64,000 bases of DNA from the NCBI GenBank assembly GCA_964057225.1, contig OZ059896.1, forward strand, positions 20,956,001 to 21,020,000. The letters are read 5' to 3'. This stretch comes from Auanema rhodensis (Eukaryota; Animalia; Nematoda). Under the pieces are notes generated by a model that saw only the letters and a list, made by a program, of their open reading frames with translations, searched no databases and was not told the DNA's origin. Shown in pieces: positions 11,401 through 26,100 of this stretch (position 1 is the stretch's first letter; the number at the start of each line of letters is the position of its first letter). The position numbers and the translations under genes are program-made.

Positions 11401-14400
11401 GAGTTTCCATGTACACTCAACATTGCTTCCAAAAACATTTTGACAAAAATTTTTTCGAAAAATTTCAAAATAATTTAGCAAAAAGTAGATGTTTTTAGAT
11501 TCCTTTTTTCAAGGCAAAGACGATGGACATTGTTATTCAACGAAAAAATTAATTCTTCAGGGTGAAAATCGAGGATATAAGTGTGAACTTATATCAGTTG
11601 ATATCTCGGTGCATTTTTAAGCTAGCGCAAATCTGATAACACAGATCGACGCAGCTTAAAAATCCGCATCTAATGCACTATACTACATTAAGAAACGCTT
11701 AATACAGAAATTAGTTATGATCGTTTGAAAAATGATGCATTAGTGTATGTTGAGTTTCCATGTACACTCAACATTGTGTCCAAAAACATTTTGACAAAAA
11801 TTTTTTCGAAAAATTTCAAAATAATTTAGCAAAAAGTAGATGTTTTTAGATTCCTTTTTTCAAAGCAAAGACGATGGACAATGTTATTCAACGAAAAAAT
11901 TAATTCTTCAGGGTGAAAATCGAGGATATAAGTGTGAACTTATATCAGTTGATATCTCGGTGCATTTTTAAGCTAGCGCAAATCTGATAACACAGATCGA
12001 CGCAGCTTAAAAATCCGCATCGAATGCACTATACTACATTGAGAAACGCTTAATACAAAAATTAGTTATGATCGTTTGAAAAATGATGCATTGGTGTATG
12101 TTGAGTTTCCATGTACACTCAACATTGCTTCCAAAAACATTTTGACAAAAATTTTTTCGAAAAATTTCAAAATAATTTAGCAAAAAGTAGATGTTTTTAG
12201 ATTCCTTTTTTCAAAGCAAAGACGATGGACAATGTTATTCAACGAAAAAATTAATTCTTCAGGGTGAAAATCGAGGATATAAGTGTGAACTTATATCAGT
12301 TGATATCTCGGTGCATTTTTAAGCTAGCGCAAATCTGATAACACAGATCGACGCAGCTTAAAAATCCGCATCTAATGCACTATACTACATTGAGAAACGC
12401 TTAATACAGAAATTAGTTATGATCGTTTGAAAAATGATGCATTAGTGTATGTTGAGTTTCCATGTACACTCAACATTGTGTCCAAAAACATTTTGACAAA
12501 AATTTTTTCGAAAAATTTCAAAATAATTTAGCAAAAAGTAGATGTTTTTAGATTCCTTTTTTCAAAGCAAAGACGATGGACAATGTTATTCAACGAAAAA
12601 ATTAATTCTTCAGGGTGAAAATCGAGGATATAAGTGTGAACTTATATCAGTTGATATCTCGGTGCATTTTTAAGCTAGCGCAAATCTGATAACACAGATC
12701 GACGCAGCTTAAAAATCCGCATCGAATGCACTATACTACATTGAGAAACGCTTAATACAAAAATTAGTTATGATCGTTTGAAAAATGATGCATTGGTGTA
12801 TGTTGAGTTTCCATGTACACTCAACATTGCTTCCAAAAACATTTTGACAAAAATTTTTTCGAAAAATTTCAAAATAATTTAGCAAAAAGTAGATGTTTTT
12901 AGATTCCTTTTTTTAAAGCAAAGACGATGGACAATGTTATTCAACGAAAAAATTAATTCTTCAGGGTGAAAATCGAGGATATAAGTGTGAACTTATATCA
13001 GTTGATATCTCGGTGCATTTTTAAGCTAGCGCAAATCTGATAACACAGATCGACGCAGCTTAAAAATCCGCATCTAATGCACTATACTACATTGAGAAAC
13101 GCTTAATACAGAAATTAGTTATGATCGTTTGAAAAATGATGCATTAGTGTATGTTGAGTTTCCATGTACACTCAACATTGTGTCCAAAAACATTTTGACA
13201 AAAATTTTTTCGAAAAATTTCAAAATAATTTAGCAAAAAGTAGATGTTTTTAGATTCCTTTTTTCAAAGCAAAGACGATGGACAATGTTATTCAACGAAA
13301 AAATTAATTCTTCAGGGTGAAAATCGAGGATATAAGTGTGAACTTATATCAGTTGATATCTCGGTGCATTTTTAAGCTAGCGCAAATCTGATAACACAGA
13401 TCGACGCAGCTTAAAAATCCGCATCGAATGCACTATACTACATTGAGAAACGCTTAATACAGAAATTAGTTATGATCGTTTGAAAAATGATGCATTAGTG
13501 TATGTTGAGTTTCCATGTACACTCAACATTGTGTCCAAAAACATTTTGACAAAAATTTTTTCGAAAAATTTCAAAATAATTTAGCAAAAAGTAGATGTTT
13601 TTAGATTCCTTTTTTCAAAGCAAAGACGATGGACAATGTTATTCAACGAAAAAATTAATTCTTCAGGGTGAAAATCGAGGATATAAGTGTGAACTTATAT
13701 CAGTTGATATCTCGGTGCATTTTTAAGCTAGCGCAAATCTGATAACACAGATCGACGCAGCTTAAAAATCCGCATCGAATGCACTATACTACATTGAGAA
13801 ACGCTTAATACAAAAATTAGTTATGATCGTTTGAAAAATGATGCATTGGTGTATGTTGAGTTTCCATGTACACTCAACATTGCTTCCAAAAACATTTTGA
13901 CAAAAATTTTTTCGAAAAATTTCAAAATAATTTAGCAAAAAGTAGATGTTTTTAGATTCCTTTTTTCAAAGCAAAGACGATGGACAATGTTATTCAACGA
14001 AAAAATTAATTCTTCAGGGTGAAAATCGAGGATATAAGTGTGAACTTATATCAGTTGATATCTCGGTGCATTTTTAAGCTAGCGCAAATCTGATAACACA
14101 GATCGACGCAGCTTAAAAATCCGCATCTAATGCACTATACTACATTGAGAAACGCTTAATACAGAAATTAGTTATGATCGTTTCAAAAATGATGCATTAG
14201 TGTATGTTGAGTTTCCATGTACACTCAACATTGTGTCCAAAAACATTTTGACAAAAATTTTTTCGAAAAATTTCAAAATAATTTAGCAAAAAGTAGATGT
14301 TTTTAGATTCCTTTTTTCAAAGCAAAGACGATGGACAATGTTATTCAACGAAAAAATTAATTCTTCAGGGTGAAAATCGAGGATATAAGTGTGAACTTAT

Positions 14401-17198
14401 ATCAGTTGATATCTCGGTGCATTTTTAAGCTAGCGCAAATCTGATAACACAGATCGACGCAGCTTAAAAATCCGCATCGAATGCACTATACTACATTGAG
14501 AAACGCTTAATACAAAAATTAGTTATGATCGTTTGAAAAATGATGCATTGGTGTATGTTGAGTTTCCATGTACACTCAACATTGCTTCCAAAAACATTTT
14601 GACAAAAATTTTTTCGAAAAATTTCAAAATAATTTAGCAAAAAGTAGATGTTTTTAGATTCCTTTTTTTAAAGCAAAGACGATGGACAATGTTATTCAAC
14701 GAAAAAATTAATTCTTCAGGGTGAAAATCGAGGATATAAGTGTGAACTTATATCAGTTGATATCTCGGTGCATTTTTAAGCTAGCGCAAATCTGATAACA
14801 CAGATCGACGCAGCTTAAAAATCCGCATCGAATGCACTATACTACATTGAGAAACGCTTAATACAAAAATTAGTTATGATCGTTTGAAAAATGATGCATT
14901 AGTGTATGTTGAGTTTCCATGTACACTCAACATTGCTTCCAAAAACATTTTGACAAAAATTTTTTCGAAAAATTTCAAAATAATTTAGCAAAAAGTAGAT
15001 GTTTTTAGATTCCTTTTTTCAAGGCAAAGACGATGGACATTGTTATTCAACGAAAAAATTAATTCTTCAGGGTGAAAATCGAGGATATAAGTGTGAACTT
15101 ATATCAGTTGATATCTCGGTGCATTTTTAAGCTAGCGCAAATCTGATAACACAGATCGACGCAGCTTAAAAATCCGCATCGAATGCACTATACTACATTG
15201 AGAAACGCTTAATACAAAAATTAGTTATGATCGTTTGAAAAATGATGCATTAGTGTATGTTGAGTTTCCATGTACACTCAACATTGTTTCCAAAAACATT
15301 TTGACAAAAATTTTTTCGAAAAATTTCAAAATAATTTAGCAAAAAGTAGATGTTTTTAGATTCCTTTTTCCAAAGCAAAGACGATGGACAATGTTATTCA
15401 ACGAAAAAATTAATTCTTCAGGGTGAAAATCGAGGATATAAGTGTGAACTTATATCAGTTGATATCTCGGTGCATTTTTAAGCTAGCGCAAATCTGATAA
15501 CACAGATCGACGCAGCTTAAAAATCCGCATCTAATGCACTATACTACATTGAGAAACGCTTAATACAGAAATTAGTTATGATCGTTTGAAAAATGATGCA
15601 TTAGTGTATGTTGAGTTTCCATGTACACTCAACATTGTGTCCAAAAACATTTTGACAAAAATTTTTTCGAAAAATTTCAAAATAATTTAGCAAAAAGTAG
15701 ATGTTTTTAGATTCCTTTTTTCAAAGCAAAGACGATGGACAATGTTATTCAACGAAAAAATTAATTCTTCAGGGTGAAAATCGAGGATATAAGTGTGAAC
15801 TTATATCAGTTGATATCTCGGTGCATTTTTAAGCTAGCGCAAATCTGATAACACAGATCGACGCAGCTTAAAAATCCGCATCGAATGCACTATACTACAT
15901 TGAGAAACGCTTAATACAGAAATTAGTTATGATCGTTTGAAAAATGATGCATTAGTGTATGTTGAGTTTCCATGTACACTCAACATTGTGTCCAAAAACA
16001 TTTTGACAAAAATTTTTTCGAAAAATTTCAAAATAATTTAGCAAAAAGTAGATGTTTTTAGATTCCTTTTTTCAAAGCAAAGACGATGGACAATGTTATT
16101 CAACGAAAAAATTAATTCTTCAGGGTGAAAATCGAGGATATAAGTGTGAACTTATATCAGTTGATATCTCGGTGCATTTTTAAGCTAGCGCAAATCTGAT
16201 AACACAGATCGACGCAGCTTAAAAATCCGCATCGAATGCACTATACTACATTGAGAAACGCTTAATACAAAAATTAGTTATGATCGTTTGAAAAATGATG
16301 CATTGGTGTATGTTGAGTTTCCATGTACACTCAACATTGCTTCCAAAAACATTTTGACAAAAATTTTTTCGAAAAATTTCAAAATAATTTAGCAAAAAGT
16401 AGATGTTTTTAGATTCCTTTTTTTAAAGCAAAGACGATGGACAATGTTATTCAACGAAAAAATTAATTCTTCAGGGTGAAAATCGAGGATATAAGTGTGA
16501 ACTTATATCAGTTGATATCTCGGTGCATTTTTAAGCTAGCGCAAATCTGATAACACAGATCGACGCAGCTTAAAAATCCGCATCGAATGCACTATACTAC
16601 ATTGAGAAACGCTTAATACAAAAATTAGTTATGATCGTTTGAAAAATGATGCATTAGTGTATGTTGAGTTTCCATGTACACTCAACATTGCTTCCAAAAA
16701 CATTTTGACAAAAATTTTTTCGAAAAATTTCAAAATAATTTAGCAAAAAGTAGATGTTTTTAGATTCCTTTTTTCAAGGCAAAGACGATGGACATTGTTA
16801 TTCAACGAAAAAATTAATTCTTCAGGGTGAAAATCGAGGATATAAGTGTGAACTTATATCAGTTGATATCTCGGTGCATTTTTAAGCTAGCGCAAATCTG
16901 ATAACACAGATCGACGCAGCTTAAAAATCCGCATCGAATGCACTATACTACATTGAGAAACGCTGAATACAAAAATTAGTTATGATCGTTGAAAAATGAT
17001 GCTTTAGTGTATGTTGAGTTTCCATGTACACTCAACATTGTTTCCAAAAACATTTTGACAAAAATTTTTTCGAAAAATTTCAAAATAATTTAGCAAAAAG
17101 TAGATGTTTTTAGATTCCTTTTTCCAAAGCAAAGACGATGGACAATGTTATTCAACGAAAAAATTAATTCTTCAGGGTGAAAATCGAGGATATAAGTG
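8425..17198. repeat. Sub-domain B: monomer subfamily with a loose 5-mer higher-order pattern
   Basis: Variants ATCTAAT, ATACAGA, ATTGTGTCC, CATTGG, GGACATTG and TTCCAAAG are concentrated here and recur in a consistent order, e.g. 15445-17198. Confidence 0.85.
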
Positions 17199-20100
17199 TG
17201 AACTTATATCAGTTGATATCTCGGTGCATTTTTAAGCTAGCGCAAATCTGATAACACAGATGGACGCAGCTTAAAAATCCGCATCGAATGCACTATACTA
17301 CATTGAGAAACGCTTGATACAAAAATTAGTTATGATCGTTTGAAAAATGATGCATTAGTGTATGTTGAGTTTCCATGTACACTCAACATTGCTTCCAAAA
17401 ACATTTTGACAAAAATTTTTTCGAAAAATTTCAAAATAATTTAGCAAAAAGTAGATGTTTTTAGATTCCATTTTTCAAGGCAAAGACGATAGACAATGTT
17501 ATTCAACGAAAAAATTAATTCTTCAGGGTGAAAATCGAGGATATAAGTGTGAACTTATATCAGTTGATATCTCGGTGCATTTTCAAGCTAGCGCAAATCT
17601 GATAACACAGATCGACGCAGCTTAAAAATCCGCATCGAATGCACTATACTACATTGAGAAACGCTTGATACAAAAATTAGTTATGATCGTTTGAAAAATG
17701 ATGCATTAGTGTATGTTGAGTTTCCATGTACACTTAACATTGCTTCCAAAAACATTTTGACAAAAATTTTTTCGAAAAATTTCAAAATAATTTAGCAAAA
17801 AGTAGATGTTTTTAGATTCCATTTTTCAAGGCAAAGACGATAGACAATGTTATTCAACGAAAAAATTAATTCTTCAGGGTGAAAATCGAGGATATAAGTG
17901 TGAACTTATATCAGTTGATATCTCGGTGCATTTTCAAGCTAGCGCAAATCTGATAACACAGATCGACGCAGCTTAAAAATCCGCATCGAATGCACTATAC
18001 TACATTGAGAAACGCTTGATACAAAAATTAGTTATGATCGTTTGAAAAATGATGCATTAGTGTATGTTGAGTTTCCATGTACACTCAACATTGCTTCCAA
18101 AAACATTTTGACAAAAATTTTTTCGAAAAATTTCAAAATAATTTAGCAAAAAGTAGATGTTTTTAGATTCCATTTTTCAAGGCAAAGACGATAGACAATG
18201 TTATTCAACGAAAAAATTAATTCTTCAGGGTGAAAATCGAGGATATAAGTGTGAACTTATATCAGTTGATATCTCGGTGCATTTTCAAGCTAGCGCAAAT
18301 CTGATAACACAGATCGACGCAGCTTAAAAATCCGCATCGAATGCACTATACTACATTGAGAAACGCTTGATACAAAAATTAGTTATGATCGTTTGAAAAA
18401 TGATGCATTAGTGTATGTTGAGTTTCCATGTACACTCAACATTGCTTCCAAAAACATTTTGACAAAAATTTTTTCGAAAAATTTCAAAATAATTTAGCAA
18501 AAAGTAGATGTTTTTAGATTCCATTTTTCAAGGCAAAGACGATAGACAATGTTATTCAACGAAAAAATTAATTCTTCAGGGTGAAAATCGAGGATATAAG
18601 TGTGAACTTATATCAGTTGATATCTCGGTGCATTTTCAAGCTAGCGCAAATCTGATAACACAGATCGACGCAGCTTAAAAATCCGCATCGAATGCACTAT
18701 ACTACATTGAGAAACGCTTGATACAAAAATTAGTTATGATCGTTTGAAAAATGATGCATTAGTGTATGTTGAGTTTCCATGTACACTCAACATTGCTTCC
18801 AAAAACATTTTGACAAAAATTTTTTCGAAAAATTTCAAAATAATTTAGCAAAAAGTAGATGTTTTTAGATTCCATTTTTCAAGGCAAAGACGATAGACAA
18901 TGTTATTCAACGAAAAAATTAATTCTTCAGGGTGAAAATCGAGGATATAAGTGTGAACTTATATCAGTTGATATCTCGGTGCATTTTCAAGCTAGCGCAA
19001 ATCTGATAACACAGATCGACGCAGCTTAAAAATCCGCATCGAATGCACTATACTACATTGAGAAACGCTTGATACAAAAAGTAGTTATGATCGTTTGAAA
19101 AATGATGCATTAGTGTATGTTGAGTTTCCATGTACACTCAACATTGCTTCCAAAAACATTTTGACAAAAATTTTTTCGAAAAATTTCAAAATAATTTAGC
19201 AAAAAGTAGATGTTTTTAGATTCCTTTTTTTAAGGCAAAGACGATAGACAATGTTATTCAACGAACAAATTAATTCTTCAGGGTGAAAATCGAGGATATA
19301 AGTGTGAACTTATATCAGTTGATATCTCGGTGCATTTTCAAGCTAGCGCAAATCTGATAACACAGATCGACGCAGCTTAAAAATCCGCATCGAATGCACT
19401 ATACTACATTGAGAAACGCTTGATACAAAAATTAGTTATGATCGTTTGAAAAATGATGCATTAGTGTATGTTGAGTTTCCATGTACACTCAACATTGCTT
19501 CCAAAAACATTTTGACAAAAATTTTTTCGAAAAATTTCAAAATATGTTAGCAAAAAGTAGATGTTTTTAGATTCCTTTTTTTAAGGCAAAGACGATGGAC
19601 AATGTTATTCAACGAACAAATTAATTCTTCAGGGTGAAAATCGAGGATATAAGTGTGAACTTATATCAGTTGATATCTCGATGCATTTTCAAGCTAGCGC
19701 AAATCTGATAACACAGATCGACGCAGCTTAAAAATCCGCATCGAATGCACTATACTACATTGAGAAACGCTTGATACAAAAATTAGTTATGATCGTTTGA
19801 AAAATGATGCATTAGTGTATGTTGAGTTTCCATGTACACTCAACATTGCTTCCAAAAACATTTTGACAAAAATTTTTTCGAAAAATTTCAAAATAATTTA
19901 GCAAAAAGTAGATGTTTTTAGATTTCATTTTTCAAGGCAAAGACGATAGACAATGTTATTCAACGAAAAAATTAATTCTTCAGGGTGAAAATCGAGGATA
20001 TAAGTGTGAACTTATATCAGTTGATATCTCGATGCATTTTCAAGCTAGCGCAAATCTGATAACACAGATCGACGCAGCTTAAAAATCCGCATCGAATGCA

Positions 20101-23100
20101 CTATACTACATTGAGAAACGCTTGATACAAAAATTAGTTATGATCGTTTGAAAAATGATGCATTAGTGTATGTTGAGTTTCCATGTACACTCAACATTGC
20201 TTCCAAAAACATTTTGACAAAAATTTTTTCGAAAAATTTCAAAATAATTTAGCAAAAAGTAGATGTTTTTAGATTCCTTTTTTTAAGGCAAAGACGATGG
20301 ACAATGTTATTCAACGAAAAAATTTATTCTTCAGGACGAAAATCGAGGATATAAGTGTGAACTTATATCAGTTGATATCTCGGTGCATTTTTAAGCTAGC
20401 GCAAATCGGATAACACAGATCGACGCAGCTTAAAAATCCGCATCGAATGCACTATACTACATTGAGAAACGCTTAATACAAAAATTAGTTATGATCGTTT
20501 GAAAAATGATGCATTAGTGTATGTTGAGTTTCCATGTACACTCAACATTGCTTCCAAAAACATTTTGACAAAAATTTTTTCGAAAAATTTCAAAATAATT
20601 TAGCAAAAAGTAAATGTTTTTAGATTCCATTTTTCAAGGCAAAGACGATGGACAATGTTATTCAACGAAAAAATTAATTCTTCAGGGTGAAAATCGAGGA
20701 TATAAGTGTGAACTTATATCAGTTGATATCTCGGGGCATTTTTAAGCTAGCGCAAATCTGATAACACAGATCGACGCAGCTTAAAAATCCGCATCGAATG
20801 CACTATACTACATCAAGAAACGCTTGATACAAAAATTAGTTATGATCGTTTGAAAAATGATGCATTAGTGTATGTTGAGTTTCCATGTACACTCAACATT
20901 GCTTCCAAAAACATTTTGACAAAAATTTTTTCGAAAAATTTCAAAATAATTTAGCAAAAAGTAGATGTTTTTAGATTCCTTTTTTTAAGGCAAAGACGAT
21001 GGACAATGTTATTCAACGAAAAAATTAATTCTTCAGGACGAAAATCGAGGATATAAGTGTGAACTTATATCAGTTGATATCTCGGTGCATTTTCAAGCTA
21101 GCGCAAATCTGATAACACAGATCGACGCAGCTTAAAAATCCGCATCGAATGCACTATACTACATTGAGAAACGCTTAATACAGAAATTAGTTATGATCGT
21201 TTGAAAAATGATGCATTAGTGTATGTTGAGTTTCCATGTACACTCAACATTGTGTCCAAAAACATTTTGACAAAAATTTTTTCGAAAAATTTCAAAATAT
21301 GTTAGCAAAAAGTAGATGTTTTTAGATTCCTTTTTTTAAGGCAAAGACGATGGACAATGTTATTCAACGAACAAATTAATTCTTCAGGGTGAAAATCGAG
21401 GATATAAGTGTGAACTTATATCAGTTGATATCTCGGTGCATTTTCAAGCTAGCGCAAATCTGATAACACAGATCGACGCAGCTTAAAAATCCGCATCGAA
21501 TGCACTATACTACATTGAGAAACGCTTAATACAAAAATTAGTTATGATCGTTTGAAAAATGATGCATTGGTGTATGTTGAGTTTCCATGTACACTCAACA
21601 TTGCTTCCAAAAACATTTTGACAAAAATTTTTTCGAAAAATTTCAAAATAATTTAGCAAAAAGTAGATGTTTTTAGATTCCTTTTTTTAAAGCAAAGACG
21701 ATGGACAATGTTATTCAACGAAAAAATTAATTCTTCAGGGTGAAAATCGAGGATATAAGTGTGAACTTATATCAGTTGATATCTCGGTGCATTTTTAAGC
21801 TAGCGCAAATCTGATAACACAGATCGACGCAGCTTAAAAATCCGCATCGAATGCACTATACTACATTGAGAAACGCTTAATACAAAAATTAGTTATGATC
21901 GTTTGAAAAATGATGCATTAGTGTATGTTGAGTTTCCATGTACACTCAACATTGCTTCCAAAAACATTTTGACAAAAATTTTTTCGAAAAATTTCAAAAT
22001 AATTTAGCAAAAAGTAGATGTTTTTAGATTCCTTTTTTCAAGGCAAAGACGATGGACATTGTTATTCAACGAAAAAATTAATTCTTCAGGGTGAAAATCG
22101 AGGATATAAGTGTGAACTTATATCAGTTGATATCTCGGTGCATTTTTAAGCTAGCGCAAATCTGATAACACAGATCGACGCAGCTTAAAAATCCGCATCG
22201 AATGCACTATACTACATTGAGAAACGCTTAATACAAAAATTAGTTATGATCGTTTGAAAAATGATGCATTAGTGTATGTTGAGTTTCCATGTACACTCAA
22301 CATTGTTTCCAAAAACATTTTGACAAAAATTTTTTCGAAAAATTTCAAAATAATTTAGCAAAAAGTAGATGTTTTTAGATTCCTTTTTCCAAAGCAAAGA
22401 CGATGGACAATGTTATTCAACGAAAAAATTAATTCTTCAGGGTGAAAATCGAGGATATAAGTGTGAACTTATATCAGTTGATATCTCGGTGCATTTTTAA
22501 GCTAGCGCAAATCTGATAACACAGATCGACGCAGCTTAAAAATCCGCATCGAATGCACTATACTACATTGAGAAACGCTTAATACAAAAATTAGTTATGA
22601 TCGTTTGAAAAATGATGCATTAGTGTATGTTGAGTTTCCATGTACACTCAACATTGCTTCCAAAAACATTTTGACAAAAATTTTTTCGAAAAATTTCAAA
22701 ATAATTTAGCAAAAAGTAGATGTTTTTAGATTCCTTTTTTTAAGGCAAAGACGATGGACAATGTTATTCAACGAAAAAATTAATTCTTCAGGACGAAAAT
22801 CGAGGATATAAGTGTGAACTTATATCAGTTGATATCTCGGTGCATTTTCAAGCTAGCGCAAATCTGATAACACAGATCGACGCAGCTTAAAAATCCGCAT
22901 CGAATGCACTATACTACATTGAGAAACGCTTAATACAAAAATTAGTTATGATCGTTTGAAAAATGATGCATTAGTGTATGTTGAGTTTCCATGTACACTC
23001 AACATTGCTTCCAAAAACATTTTGACAAAAATTTTTTCGAAAAATTTCAAAATAATTTAGCAAAAAGTAGATGTTTTTAGATTCCTTTTTTTAAGGCAAA

Positions 23101-26100
23101 GACGATGGACAAGGTTATTCAACGAAAAAATTAATTCTTCAGGACGAAAATCGAGGATATAAGTGTGAACTTATATCAGTTGATATCTCGGTGCATTTTC
23201 AAGCTAGCGCAAATCGGATAACACAGATCGACGCAGCTTAAAAATCCGCATCGAATGCACTATACTACATCAAGAAACGCTTGATACAAAAATTAGTTAT
23301 GATCGTTTGAAAAATGATGCATTAGTGTATGTTGAGTTTCCATGTACACTCAACATTGCTTCCAAAAACATTTTGACAAAAATTTTTTCGAAAAATTTCA
23401 AAATAATTTAGCAAAAAGTAGATGTTTTTAGATTCCTTTTTTTAAGGCAAAGACGATGGACAATGTTATTCAACGAAAAAATTAATTCTTCAGGACGAAA
23501 ATCGAGGATATAAGTGTGAACTTATATCAGTTGATATCTCGGTGCATTTTCAAGCTAGCGCAAATCTGATAACACAGATCGACGCAGCTTAAAAATCCGC
23601 ATCGAATGCACTATACTACATTGAGAAACGCTTAATACAAAAATTAGTTATGATCGTTTGAAAAATGATGCATTAGTGTATGTTGAGTTTCCATGTACAC
23701 TCAACATTGCTTCCAAAAACATTTTGACAAAAATTTTTTCGAAAAATTTCAAAATAATTTAGCAAAAAGTAGATGTTTTTAGATTCCTTTTTTTAAGGCA
23801 AAGACGATGGACAATGTTATTCAACGAAAAAATTTATTCTTCAGGACGAAAATCGAGGATATAAGTGTGAACTTATATCAGTTGATATCTCGGTGCATTT
23901 TTAAGCTAGCGCAAATCGGATAACACAGATCGACGCAGTTTAAAAATCCGCATCGAATGCACTATACTACATTGAGAAACGCTTAATACAAAAATTAGTT
24001 ATGATCGTTTGAAAAATGATGCATTAGTGTATGTTGAGTTTCCATGTACACTCAACATTGCTTCCAAAAACATTTTAACAAAAATTTTTTCGAAAAATTT
24101 CAAAATAATTTAGCAAAAAGTAGATGTTTTTAGATTCCATTTTTAAAGGCAAAGACGATAGACAATGTTATTCAACGAAAAAATTAATTCTTCAGGGTGA
24201 AAATCGAGGATATAAGTGTGAACTTATATCAGTTGATATCTCGGTGCATTTTCAAGCTAGCGCAAATCTGATAACACAGATCGACGCAGCTTAAAAATCC
24301 GCATCGAATGCACTATACTACATTGAGAAACGCTTGATACAAAAATTAGTTATGATCGTTTGAAAAATGATGCATTAGTGTATGTTGAGTTTCCATGTAC
24401 ACTCAACATTGCTTCCAAAAACATTTTGACAAAAATTTTTTCGAAAAATTTCAAAATAATTTAGCAAAAAGTAGATGTTTTTAGATTCCTTTTCTTAAGG
24501 CAAAGACGATGGACAATGTTATTCAACGAAAAAATTAATTCTTCAGGGTGAAAATCGAGGATATAAGTGTGAACTTATATCAGTTGATATCTCGGTGCAT
24601 TTTTAAGCTAGCGCAAATCTGATAACACAGATCGACGCAGCTTAAAAATCCGCATCGAATGCACTATACTACATTGAGAAACGCTTAATACAAAAATTAG
24701 TTATGATCGTTTGAAAAATGATGCATTAGTGTATGTTGAGTTTCCATGTACACTCAACATTGCTTCCAAAAACATTTTGACAAAAATTTTTTCGAAAAAT
24801 TTCAAAATAATTTAGCAAAAAGTAGATGTTTTTAGATTCCATTTTTAAAGGCAAAGACGATAGACAATGTTATTCAACGAAAAAATTAATTCTTCAGGGT
24901 GAAAATCGAGGATATAAGTGTGAACTTATATCAGTTGATATCTCGGTGCATTTTCAAGCTAGCGCAAATCTGATAACACAGATCGACGCAGCTTAAAAAT
25001 CCGCATCGAATGCACTATACTACATTGAGAAACGCTTGATACAAAAATTAGTTATGATCGTTTGAAAAATGATGCATTAGTGTATGTTGAGTTTCCATGT
25101 ACACTCAACATTGCTTCCAAAAACATTTTGACAAAAATTTTTTCGAAAAATTTCAAAATAATTTAGCAAAAAGTAGATGTTTTTAGATTCCTTTTCTTAA
25201 GGCAAAGACGATGGACAATGTTATTCAACGAAAAAATTAATTCTTCAGGGTGAAAATCGAGGATATAAGTGTGAACTTATATCAGTTGATATCTCGGTGC
25301 ATTTTTAAGCTAGCGCAAATCTGATAACACAGATCGACGCAGCTTAAAAATCCGCATCGAATGCACTATACTACATTGAGAAACGCTTAATACAAAAATT
25401 AGTTATGATCGTTTGAAAAATGATGCATTAGTGTATGTTGAGTTTCCATGTACACTCAACATTGCTTCCAAAAACATTTTGACAAAAATTTTTTCGAAAA
25501 ATTTCAAAATAATTTAGCAAAAAGTAGATGTTTTTAGATTCCTTTTTTTAAGGCAAAGACGATGGACAATGTTATTCAACGAAAAAATTAATTCTTCAGG
25601 GTGAAAATCGAGGATATAAGTGTGAACTTATATCAGTTGATATCTCGGGGCATTTTTAAGCTAGCGCAAATCTGATAACACAGATCGACGCAGCTTAAAA
25701 ATCCGCATCGAATGCACTATACTACATCAAGAAACGCTTGATACAAAAATTAGTTATGATCGTTTGAAAAATGATGCATTAGTGTATGTTGAGTTTCCAT
25801 GTACACTCAACATTGCTTCCAAAAACATTTTGACAAAAATTTTTTCGAAAAATTTCAAAATAATTTAGCAAAAAGTAGATGTTTTTAGATTCCTTTTCTT
25901 AAGGCAAAGACGATGGACAATGTTATTCAACGAAAAAATTAATTCTTCAGGGTGAAAATCGAGGATATAAGTGTGAACTTATATCAGTTGATATCTCGGT
26001 GCATTTTTAAGCTAGCGCAAATCTGATAACACAGATCGACGCAGCTTAAAAATCCGCATCGAATGCACTATACTACATTGAGAAACGCTTAATACAAAAA

